From the NCBI RefSeq assembly GCF_963921235.1, contig NC_086106.1:81592001-81656000 (forward strand): a stretch of 64,000 nucleotides of DNA, in the 5' to 3' direction. The stretch is from Mobula hypostoma (lineage: Eukaryota). Of this stretch, positions 13,301 through 25,296 are shown one piece after another. A model generated the notes under the pieces. That model ran no database searches, was not told where the DNA came from, and saw only the letters and a list, made by a program, of their open reading frames with translations. Position numbers and translations under genes: made by a program. How positions within the stretch are numbered: the stretch's first letter is position 1; each line of letters begins with the position of its first letter.

Positions 13301-14543
13301 CTTCTCCCACAAAGACAATTTCTAATCCAGTTTACTACCTCATATTGAATGCCAAGTGACTTAAACTTCATGACCAACCTCTCATATGGGATATTGTCAT
13401 AGCCTTGCTAAAGTCCATTTAGACAACATCCACTGCCTTGCCTTCATCAACTTCCCTGATATCTTCCTCAAAAACTCTCTAAGATTTTTTAGACATGACC
13501 TACCACACCCAAAGCCATGTTGACTATCCCTAGTCAGTCCTTATCTCTCCACTATCCAAATACATATATATCTGGTTGTTTAGAATGCCTTCTAATTACT
13601 TTCCCACTACTGACGTCAGGCTCACTGGCCTATAATTTCCTGGCTTATTCTTAGAGGCTTTCTTAAACAATGGAACTGTCACCTGACCTGTCTCTTTCCT
13701 AATAGGAAATCTAGTATCACACTCTGTCCAGCGGGAACTTCTATTTACTGATTAAGAAATCTTTCCTGAACACACTTGACAAACTCTTTTCCATCCAGCC
13801 CTTTTACAGTATGGGAGTCCCAGTCAACATATGGGAAGTTAAAATCACCTACTATCACAACCTTATGTCTCTTGCAACAGTCTGCGATCTGTCTACAAAT
13901 TTCCTTCTCTAAATCCTATTGACCGTTGGGAGATGAATAATATAAACCCATCAATGTGGTCATAACTTTCTTATTCCTCATTTGTTCCCATAAAACCTCA
14001 CCAGATGAGCTCTCCTGCCTGGTCTCTCTGAGCACTGCTGTGACATTTTCCTTCACTAGTAAAGCCACCCATTTTCCTGAATCTCTCTTGTTCTGTCACG
14101 TCTAAAAGAATGGAGCCTGGAACAATGAGCTGCCAGTCCTGTCCCTCTGCAACCTAGTCTCACTTATGGCTACAATGCCATAATTCTATGTGCTGATCTA
14201 TGCCCTAAGCTCATCTACCTTTCCTGCAATACTCCTTCCTGTATACTCTTATAAGCAGCTCAGAACTTTAGTCCCGCCGTGCTCAATCTTTTGATTTGTG
14301 ACTTTGTATGCAGGCTTCACAACATCTTTCTCCACAATCACTCTACCTCTGCATAGGTCCCTCCTTCCCCGGAAGAGAGCTCAAATGATTCAAGAATCTG
14401 AAGCTCTCCCTCCTATACTCAACGCACGTTGCTATGAGTTAAACTGTATGTTCTTCCTATTTCTAGCCTCACTAGTACATGGTATCAATCCTGAGATCTC
14501 AGTGCTGGAGGTCCTGTCCTTAATTCAGCACCTAACTCCCTGA

Positions 14544-14967
14544 CAACACACATCAAAGTTGCTGGTGAACGCAGCAGGCCAAGCAGCATCTATAGGAAGA
14601 GGCGCAGTTGACGTTTCAGGCCGAGACCCTTCGTCAGGACTAACTGAAGGAAGAGTGAGTAAGGGATTTGAAAGCTGGAGGGGGAGGGGGAGATCCAAAA
14701 TGATAGGAGAAGACAGGAGGGGGAGGGATAGAGCCGAGAGCTGGACAGGTGATAGGCAAAAGGGGATACGAGAGGATCATGGGACAGGAGGTCCGGGAAG
14801 AAAGACGGGGGGGGTGGGTGACCCAGAGGATGGGCAAGAGGTATATTCAGAGGGACAGAGGGAGAAAAAGGAGAGTGAGAGAAAGAATGTGTGCATAAAA
14901 ATGAGTAACAGATGGGGTACGAGGGGGAGGTGGGGCCTAGCGGAAGTTAGAGAAGTCAATGTTCATG
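14544..14967 (-). mobile_element. Penelope-like element 3' end/pLTR inserted in CR1
   Basis: Perfect 13-bp TSD cctaactccctga (14531-14543 and 14968-14980). Carries the ORF terminus MNIDFSNFR*, a pyrimidine-rich UTR and a hammerhead motif. Confidence 0.92.
14605..14646 (-). ncRNA. Minimal type I hammerhead ribozyme motif (PLE-associated)
   Basis: Reverse complement reads cagttagtc-CTGACGA-a-gggtctcggcct-GAAA-cg-TC-aactg. It has the conserved core, a stem II hairpin and a minimal stem III. Confidence 0.7.
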
Positions 14968-16509
14968 CCTAACTCCCTGAAATCACTTTGCAGTACGTCG
15001 TCACCCCACGTACCCATGTCATTAGTATTGATGTGGACCATGACCCCTGAATACTCACCCTCCCACTTGAGAATGCTGTGGTCTCGATCTGAGATGCCAC
15101 TGTCCCTGGCACCCAGGAAGCAACATACCATTCAGAAACATTATTCTCATCCACAGAACCTCCTGTCTGTTCCCCTAACCAATGAATCCCCTATCACTAC
15201 AGCTTGCCTCTCTCCCCTACTTTCCTTCTGAGCCACAGAACCAGACTAAGTGCCAGAGACCTGATCCGTAAAAGGCTTTTTTCTGCTAATTTGTCCCTCC
15301 CAATGGTAGTCAAAGCCGTATCCTGTTGTTGGGGGGGAAGGGCACAGGGGTACTTTGCACTGGCTGCCTATTCTCTTTCCCCCTCCTGATGGTCATCCAG
15401 TTAACTGCTTTCTGCATCTTTGGTGTAGCTACCTTACTGTACGTCCTGTCAATCAATGCCTCAGCCTCCCAAATGATAAATTACTATATCACAAAAATAA
15501 ACAAATAGTACAAGAGAGGGAAATAATGAGGGATTGTTCATGGGTTGACGGACCATTCAGAAATCTCTTGGTGGAAGGGAGAAAGCTGTTTCTGAATCAT
15601 TGAGTGTGAGTCTTCTGCACCTCCTTCCCAATGGTCACAATGAGAAATTGGCATCTCCTAGATGGTGGAGGATCCTTTGTGTTCAATGCCACCTTCTTGA
15701 GGAACCACCTCATGACGATATTCTCAAATGTGGGGAGTGTTGTGCCTCTGATGAAACTGATTGAATTTACGACCCTCTGCAGCTCTTGTGAATCTGTGCA
15801 TTGGAATCTCCATACCAGGCTGTGTTGCAACCAATCTGACTGGTCCTCAGCAAATATCTATAGAAATTTGTAAGTCTTTGGTGACATGCTGAATCTCCTC
15901 AAACTCCTAATGAAGTAGAGCCACTGGCTAGCATTCTTCATGTTTGCATCAATGTGAGAACAAGAAGAGTACTGTGAATCACAACATATTAAGGTTGAAT
16001 CAAAGAGGTTATATGTTTCTTGAAATCTTAAAACAACTGAAGTAACTGGTGGAGGTAAAGGAAACATTAATTCTAAAATCACGCAAAATTTAACACTAAG
16101 CTGTGCTCAACCTAATGCTCAAATATAGAAGCTTTGATGGAGATTGATGTCCCAGCAAAATTCAGCACTTTCAGAAGGAAGATAAAAAGAATATAATTGT
16201 ATATAAATGAGATAACAAAGCAATTGGTCTTTAAACAGAAAAAATGGGTAAGTTTCCACTGCATTAAATAATTGACAGCAATAGAAATAATTATTAGTAG
16301 CTTTAGATGGTTACATTGCAACTTAACATCAAAGATCAAAGACATCATATAGCAAGCTAGAAATGATTGCAAAACGTCATTAATTGGAATAATTACCGCT
16401 GATAGTTGTAAATTGCCTGGTCTATGAGGCACAGGTGCTAAACAAAGGAAGTGCAGCAAACAACCACCAAATGAAGAAAGTTCTCCTGATCTCTTTGTGC
16501 AAGGCTATG

Positions 16510-17002
16510 CTTTCTCCCCATATCCCTTCATGCTCTGACCAATCAAAAATCTATCAACCTCTGCCTTAAATATACATAAAGACCTGACTTCCATAGCTGC
16601 CCATGACAAAGAATTCCAAGATTCACCACTCTCTGGCTAAAGAAATACCTCTTCATCTCTATTCTAAAAGGACACCCGTCTATTCTGCAGCTGTGTCCCC
16701 TGGACTCTCCCACCATCTCTACCACATCTCCACATCCACTCTATCAAGGCCTTTCACCATTCAATAGGTTTCAATGAGGTCACCCCTCATTCTTCTGAAT
16801 TCCAGTGAATACAGGTACAGAGCCATCAAATACTTTCATATGACGAGCCATTCAATCCTGCAATCATTTTCGTAAACCTCCTTTGAACCTGCTTCAGTTT
16901 CATCACATCCTTTCTAAGATAAGGGGCCTAAGCCTGCTCACAATACTCCAAGTGAGGCCTTACCAGTGCTTTATAAGGTTTCAACACTACATCCTTGCTT
17001 TT
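16510..17002 (-). mobile_element. CR1 LINE 3' fragment
   Basis: VGESRGHSCRIDGCPFRIEMKRYFFSQRVVNL, the typical CR1 ORF2 C-terminus. Confidence 0.85.
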
Positions 17003-17497
17003 AACTGCTGTCTCAAGACCTGGAAAATACCTACTTAAAGATTGCTTTCTTATTAACCTCATTAAGGACATTTATGTCAATTTGGATATTGTACAGCCTG
17101 TTTTACATCAGACATAGCAAGGAAAGGTTGTTTTACATCACATACCATGAATAGTTTTTGTGCAATTATCCTACAAACTGGATTGTTTGCCTTCCTTTGA
17201 CAATCCCAGGATAATTTTGCACAGTCCCTCCTTCTTATGCATTAGAACTTAATCAAAAATGTTTCAGAAATCTACGAATATGGTCTTTCCATTCCTACAC
17301 CATTTTCCTGGGATTCCCACGGTTACTCAGTCAGAATTAAGAGATGTGAGTGAGAGCACCTCAACTGGTCATCAGTACTAGCCACCTGATTCATGTCAAA
17401 GGACTGAAGAAGTTCAGACACCTTTTCCTGGTTATTTGATATTTGAGTGGTTATTGAAGTGACAAAGGTAAAGTTGGAAAATTCCTGCAAAATAAAA

Positions 17498-18140
17498 ATC
17501 AGATTCAGAATCAGACTCAGATTTAATATCACTAACATATGTCATGAACATTGTTGTTCTGTAGCAGCAGTACAATGTAATACATAAAATACCATAATCT
17601 GTAATGTAATATAACAAATAAATTAAACAAGCAGTGCAAAAAGAGAGCAAAACAATGAGGTAGTGTCCATTGTTCATTCAGAAATCTGATGTTTGTGAAG
17701 AAAAAGAATTTCAGGATGTATATTGTATACATTTCTCTGACATTAAATGTACCTATTGAAAATATTGATGGCAGAGGGCAGGAAGCTGTTCCTAAAACAT
17801 TGAATGTGTGACTTCAGTCTTCTGTACCTCCTCTCTGAATTCAGTAATAATAAGAGAGTACATGCTGGGTGATGGGGGTCTTTAATGATTGATCCCGCCT
17901 TTTTTCGAGGCATTGCCTTTCGAAGACACCATCGATTCTGGGGAGACTTGTGCCTATGGTGGAGCTGGCTGAGTTTGCAACCCTCTGCAGCTTTTTCCGA
18001 TCCTGCGCAGTGGTCCCGCCATACCAGATGGTGATGCAACCAGTTAGAATGCTCTCCATGTGACTTCTGTAGCAATTTTCACGAGTCTTTGGTGCCATAC
18101 CAAATCTCCTCAAACTCAAAATGAAACATAGCTGCTGGCT
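17498..18140 (-). mobile_element. Rex1/Babar LINE 3' fragment
   Basis: SLRRFGMAPKT..ESILTGCITIWYGGTTAQDRKKLQRVANSA. Tail is (tctgaa/tctgat)n. Confidence 0.88.
17692..17765 (+). mobile_element. Family A 3'-terminal 74-bp fragment inserted in Rex1
   Basis: Nearly identical to 10251-10325. tgatg is duplicated at 17687-17691 and 17766-17770. Confidence 0.8.
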
Positions 18141-21100
18141 ATATTTCTAGTAACAGAACATGGTAACTTTATGAACATTCAAACATTCTTCACATAGTGA
18201 CCAATGCATTAAATAGATTTCTACTTAGAAGAGAGGTGAGAAAAAATTAGAAATCATTTTACCAAATTAGTTAAATGTCGCAATAGGAAACTTACGTTTT
18301 TTTACTGAATGAACATGGGTTAATGGCTTTTGTATCCATAATTTACTAGTGGTCTCTGCTACAGATATTCATCAGGACCAGTTATCTTCATATGCTCAGA
18401 AGATTTATGCCATAAACAGTATCTTTGGCTTATAATGTATGAATATGAAATTAAATTTTGCTTAGGAGTTCAATTCTATCCAGAGGAGTTTGTGTACCTA
18501 TATACAGTATATGCACAGACATGTTGTGTAATGTTCTATAATACATACTTGGGCAGCTTCATACCACATGAGGTCATGTATTGCGGAATGCTGACACAAT
18601 ACAGAAACTATCCTATTGTATGGCATCTTTCAGAAAGGAGCAGGAACACATTTTTTTGGGTTTGGGAGTGTCTTTTCTCAGCCACTTTTCCCCCTCTTTT
18701 TATCTTCTAAACTCATTGACACTTGGATTTCTTTAGTGATCTTTTCTCAGAATTAAACTTTATCTGCTAACTGTGGCGATCAGAATTTAATATTCTTACA
18801 TCAGTGTTGCTTTCCTGTTCAGCTTTTTTCCCCATATCTTACAGTCATAAATTTTAGGTTTTGATGCTCATGCGCAGGGATTGCAACATAACAGAAGATA
18901 ATTAAACCTGTGGTGGTTTTCTTTGTAGCTTAGGACGTTAAGGCTTATGGCGGTGTGCAAAGTACTAATTAGCTGACATTATCCAATAATACAAATGAAA
19001 CAATGTATCCAGGAGCTTTCTGGTTTGTGTGAATTAGTTGCTCACAGGACAAATTCATTGAGAGGCAGGTCTTCTGCCCCAGATGACTTATAATTTATCG
19101 GTGATGGGTGCAGAATCTATCCACAACAACATAAGTTGTAAATAGCTGGGTATGGTTCATCTGGAATAATATTTCTATACTCAGAGCCAATTTGCCAATA
19201 GAAGCCCTGAAGAACTCTTCCTCTTTGCATCTTTCAGGACACTTAGTATATGAACAGGAAATGAGGGCAGGTTTAGTAACTTAAATGGTAGAAGGTGGTC
19301 AAAAGCATTAGAATTCCATAATGTAAATTAGAACTTGACCAATTTAATTTCTCTATACAAATAAAGGCTTTCGAAAAAATGTTAAAGAATTTAACTCACG
19401 AATGATTACATTGAAATAGGGCGACTTTTCTAGTAAGGATAATGAGTAACGCCTTTCAAATGTGATTGATTTTGATACTGAAATGTCAAAGCACGCAACC
19501 AATGAAATAATTGCCACTAGCTGATAGCGAAGGCAGAATGTTTGCAGAGTGATTATGCTGTATTGTATATCACTGATGGTTGGTGTTTGCGTAAGTCATA
19601 GCAGTCTATTTTGCAATGGTAAACATAAAAGTCATATGATTTCATCTGTGTTACTAAAGAATGCCATGGTACCTTAAACTTTTAACTATTTTAACTTCAA
19701 TAATAATCTGACAATATAATGACATCTAAAAGAAAAATATCAGATCATAAGTTTTATTTTGGTTTTATTTTGGTTCAATATTGGTTGAATTTGAGTTCTG
19801 TTCACCTTTATGTCAATGCTTTGTATAGAGGATGTTTTAAGTACACACAAAGGATCAGACTATTCATGTGTGGCATCTTGTTAAGGAAAAAGCATGGGAG
19901 ACTATGTAGAATTTATCCTTTGGACTAGATGACAATAATGGAACCTCATCTGTGATACATTGACTGTGACTCCATTTGTGTTATCATGACATAGTGACAA
20001 TAGTATTGGGAAGTGCTCAAGAAAATAAAGAACATCAAGGTTGTTTTGATTTTAGATGATACTGAATTTAAAGGAAAAAATTACCCCAGTGATTCATAGT
20101 CCTAATGTCATAAATTATGAGATATATAAAGATATATATTTAAACACTGGATGAAAGATGATGGAGGATGAACCAGTGTTTTCAATGCCAAGAAAGGCAC
20201 TGTACATCTGATGAGAACATTTGACCAAGAAAGCAAAACTATACTAAAATTACAGAAACCCCCATTAACGATAGGAGTAGTGATAGCAGAGAGAGGACTT
20301 TCAGCTAGCTGAGAACTAGATGCACTGGTTTAAACTAATTGTAATACTTAAATTCTTAAATCTAAACATGATTAAAATCTAAACTGACTATCTTGTTTCT
20401 TTCATTCTAATGCTGAACTACTATCAGATATAATTACCAACAGTCAATCTAGAATGGCCCAAGATCAAATAATAACAAGTAGTAACATGATGGGAGGGTT
20501 AAAATAATATAGTATTTCTGGACAATAAGCAGACAAGGGTGTAGTCTTTTCTTCATTCCAGAATGTATAAGCTGTAGTTGTATGAGAGTAATCATTCAAT
20601 GCCACTAGTAAACCTTTGCATCTAGTTATCAGAATATATAGGGGATCTATCAAATTTTTGAGACCCAAGCCATAAAACTGTAATTGTAAAGCATTATGTA
20701 AATTCAGTTACATCTTCTAGAATTCTAAATGTAACACCTGGAAATACAGTATTAGGCAAGCTTTCATTTACAATTTTTCTTGCTAAGCCGTTTCTGCCAA
20801 CAATGGGTTTTGTGAGCTAAGGATATGAAAAAAGACATGTCTCTGTCTACCACATTTATTGCATATTGTTAATTGTTCTTGAGAAGATGGGTAGTCAACC
20901 ATCATCATGAACCACAACAGTTCTTGCGATGAAAGTATTTCTTCCACTCTGTCAGGTAGGGAGTTTTTCTTCCTTGAGCTTGCCTCAAATCCCGATATCC
21001 TAATTGATTTCAATTTTACTCAGCACTTGATTAAACACTGGCTTCATAACATGCACAGGGACTTTCACCACTTCTTTAGAATTCTTTGTGCACTTGAACG

Positions 21101-24100
21101 AAGACTACAATGCATTCTGGAACTTTGATCATTGACCACTGTGGCTCAATGACTATTGATCCCTATTGATTGCTGATCCATCTTCCATAGCGACAGATGA
21201 CCCCTCACCAATGATTTACCTCTTCCTCAATGCAGAGGCCACTGAGATTTCTTTCTCATTGCCATTGGTCTCTCTCCATCACTGACCTCAGCTCTCTCTA
21301 TTTCCATTGGATAGTGGCACCACTCCTTATTCTCAGCATTGTTTTCAGAGAGCGCTATATGGATGGAATTAAGTTGCTGCCAACAATGAATGTGTATCTT
21401 AAATGTATTAATTTTGGTAAATGGTTTTTGGCAATATCTTGAAAGTACCGAGTACAGGAAATCCGAATAGCAATACAATGTAACACAAGAGCAGTAAAAT
21501 CTGCTGCAATGTAAGCTATCAAAATACAAACAGAACGCAGACATTGCTGTTCACTAGACGCTTTGAAAGAGTCAGGTGTTTGTCCTTCTTTAAGCTCTTT
21601 ATCTAGTGCCTCAGTATGAATACTGTTTTAAGTCTAGGTTATCGCAAAAATCCCTGCTTATCTCTCCCCATAAAACTTTGCATCTATGTTTCTTAACCTT
21701 AGGTTAAATGTTGCAATATGACATATTCTGTGACTTGAAGAAAGTTAATGTTTACCATACTATTGGAAGATCTAAGATTTTTGATTCAGAAGAAGATTAG
21801 GTTCACAATGCTGCTTTAGCTGAGAAATCATAAATGAACAATAAAACCGAGGAGTATAATTTGGTTTCCCGGATAAGACAATTCTTGGCAGATATTTTAA
21901 ACATAAAAACTAGACACGTCACAGCATGCTGAAGACAAGCAAGATGCCTCTAAAGCACCCTTTGTTTCCTTCTATATCTACATTTTATAATCTTTACTGA
22001 GGGAGTTTTCCAGTATGATCCCAACTCTTTTTCTAGCCATCATGTTGAAAGCTGTGTCAGGGACCTGGGTAGGCTTTTATCTAGTTCTCATATACTATAC
22101 ACATGAGCATTCAGTATTTTATTTTGGATTGGAACAAAAGAATGTTTGAGGCCCAAATTGCATTAATAAGTTCCTATAAAAATTGCTTAGAATAGCACCA
22201 TCAGTATGATAGCTGTGGTGATAAAATGTTCAAATAGAAATAATTTATGACGCTACTAAATATTAATGACAATTGCATTTGATTGTGTTTTATCTTTGTT
22301 GTTGCTGTTTTACAAACTTCACTGAAGCTATTACATAAATATCAGACATATGAATGAATTTTATAAAGCTACTGAATGATTTGAAAAGCAATGCATTTCT
22401 TTTATAAGACCATTGTATCCTTAAATATACTATTGTGTATAATCTATGATTGCATTGTGACACATAGTTTCTGAACTGGCTACAAGTACTAACTACGCAA
22501 TTCTCGTGGGTGGAATTATTGGCACTTCCGCCTGTTTGCACTGGAGAGTCAAGACAGCTTGTTTAGGCCTGGGATTTGTGGTTTTGTTCAAAGTGGACTT
22601 GTTCTTTGGGTTTGGTGCTATTCATAACCAATTGCAGGGGTACTGCAAGGAGTACCCCTGTGTAAAGAGTAAACTCCTTTTCAAAAACAGGCCTGAGAAC
22701 AATACCTATCATTAGTTGATAGACCAAATAACATCACCTAAATAGTAATCCACTGTCTATAATGGAGAACGTATGCATCTGGTTGAACAGGGTTTTGTCA
22801 TCTAGCAACTGTTAACTTTATCTTCTCAGTCAGTAAACATGTTTTTCAGAAAGTGCTAAGAGAGGTCCTCTGGAATCAGAGAATGAGCCATGTTCCTCTG
22901 TACATTTCAAGCCATTAGCCAGAATTGTTCAATGCCATATGGAAGTTTTCCATGTTACTACAAACTCTCAGCAGCCATAGATTCATATAAAACTATAGCA
23001 CGGAAATAGGCCCTTTGCCTCATCTAGTACGTGCCCAACTATTTAAACTGCTTAGTCCCATTGACATGCACCTAATCCATAGCCCCCCATACGCCTCCCA
23101 TCCATGTACCTATCTAAAATTCTCAAAATTGCATCCACCACTTGTGCTGGCAGTTCATCTCACACTCTCATGTTCCCCATAAATATTTCACTTTTCACTC
23201 TTAGCCCATGACCTCTGGTCGTAGTCTCACTCAACCTCAGCGGAAACAGCCTGTTTACATTTACCTTATCCATACCCCTCCAAATTTTGTATACCCCTGT
23301 CAAGTCTCCCCTCAATCTTCTACCTTCTATTGAATAAAGTTCTACCCTATTCAACCATCTCTTAATACTCAGGTCCTTCAGTCCTCGCAAGATCCTTGTA
23401 TATTTCCTCTTATTGTCATCTTTCCTATAAGTAGGTGACCAAAATTGCAAACAATACTCCAAATTAGACTTCACCAATGTGTTATACATCTTCACCATAA
23501 CATCCCAACTCCTGTACTCAGTACTTTGATCTATGAAAGCCAATGTTCCAAAAGCTTTCTTTACAACCCTCCCTACCTGTGACACTACTTTCAATGAATG
23601 GTGGACCTGTATTCCCAGATCCCTTTGTTCTATCACACTCCTCACTGACTGACCTCTAACTGTGGTTGGTCTTCCCAAATTGTAACACCTCACACTTGCC
23701 TGCATTAAATTCCATTGCCATTTTTCAGCCCATTTTTCCTGCTGGTCCAGATCCCGCTGCAAGCTCTGATAGTTTTCCTTGCTACCCATTACACCCCCAG
23801 TCTTGGTATCATCCTCAGATTTGCTGATTCTGTTAATCACATCATCATCCAGGTTATTGATATAGATGACAAACAACAATGGACCCAGCACCAGTCCCTG
23901 TAGCAATCCACTAGTCACAGGCCTCCAGTCAGAGAGGCAACCATCTACTACCACTCCCTGGCTTCTCCCACAAAGCTAATGTCTAATCCAATTTACAACC
24001 TCATCTTGAATGCTGTTTGACTGAACATTCTTGACCAACCTCCCATGTGGGACTTTGTCAAATGCCTTGATAAAGTCCATGTAGACAGTATCTGCTGGCT

Positions 24101-24977
24101 TGGCTTCAACAACTTTCATGGTAACATCATCAAAAAACTCTATAAGATTGGTTAGACACGATCTACCATGCACCACACCATGCTGACTATCCCTAAACAA
24201 TTCTTGTCTATCAAAGACTCATTCTGATTACTTAAATATCTCTGCTAGGACCACTGCAATTTCTACACTTGCCTCCCACAGGGTCTGAGGGAATGCCATG
24301 TTAGGCCCTGGGGATTTGTCCACCCTGAATTGCCTCAAGACATCAAACACCTCCTCCTCTGTAATCTGTATGGGGTCCATAACCTTGTTGCTGCTTTGCC
24401 TCACTTCTATAGACTCTGTGTTTGTCTCCCAAGTAAATACAGATGCAAAAAATCAATTTAAGATCTTCCCCATCTCTTTTGGCTCCATGCTTAGATTACC
24501 ATCCTGATCTTCCAGAGGACTAATTTTGTCCCTTGCAATACTTTTTCTCTAAACATACTATATCTGTAGAAGCCCTTAGGATTCTCCTTCACTTTGTCTG
24601 CTAGGACAACCTCATGCCTTCTTTCAGTTCTCCTGATTTATTTCTTAAATGTTCTCTTGCATTTCTTATATTTCATAAGTACCTCACTTTTTCTTAGCTG
24701 CCTGTTACTGCTATGAACCTCCTTTTTTTTCTTAACCAGGGTCTTAACATCTCTCAAAAACTAAGGTTCTCTCAACCAGTTATCCTTGTCTTTAATCTGA
24801 CAGGCACATACAAGCTTTGTACTCTCAAAATGTCACCTTTGAAGGCCTCCCACTTACCATGTACACCTTTGCCAGAAAACAGCTAGTCCCAGTCCATACT
24901 TGCCAAATCCTTTCTGATACCATCCAAACTGGCCTTTCTCCAATTTAGAATCTCAACATGAGAACCAGACATCCCTT

Positions 24978-25296
24978 TGTGATGAGAGCCCTTGATGAGA
25001 ATGGCTTGGACCCAAATGCTGGAGAATCCAAGGCGAGAATCGAGACACGGTTTTAATCTGGATCGAGAATCTGAGCACAAAATAAACACTAGACGAGATC
25101 ATGAGTGGGCTTGCGATTGAGCATCGAACCTCAGTTCCGGTGTTCCTTAAATGCTGAATCCTTGGCGCCCAAAACACGATTACCAATTAGCTGGTCTGTA
25201 CTGAATCTTTAAAAGGGCCACGCCAGCTATCCATACCCCGGGGAGATGGAGCGTCTAAACCTCGGAAGCTGGTATGGATGGCTGCGTGTCATAACA
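24978..25296 (-). repeat. 3' LTR of the Gypsy element
   Basis: On the minus strand TGTTATGAC...CATCACA, adjacent to the PPT. Carries gcatttgggtcc near its 3' end, shared with the solo LTR at 31421-32903. Confidence 0.8.

Larger units (their letters stand above)
12275..15475 (-). mobile_element. CR1 LINE, near full-length but degenerate (ORF1 esterase-like domain, APE, RT, 3' UTR)
   Basis: ORF1 SGNH-like CFLGARDSGISDR..VMVHINTNDMG. ORF2 motifs NGVQQGLLLCFLLFVIYINNLD, MEFNADKCEVLHFG and LVRPNLKYCMQF. Confidence 0.92.
12190..15960 (-). mobile_element. Rex1/Babar LINE 3' fragment split by a CR1 insertion (pieces 12190-12272 and 15476-15960)
   Basis: 3' tail at 12190-12270. After the CR1 it continues with LQRVVNSISFIRGTTLP and ASQWLYFIRSLRRFSMSPKT. 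Confidence 0.7.

Noticed and set aside
20760-21220. Possible ancient RTE-like RT remnants (also about 55780-56120)
   Set aside because: Only vague motif resemblance; strand and boundaries cannot be supported without a profile search.
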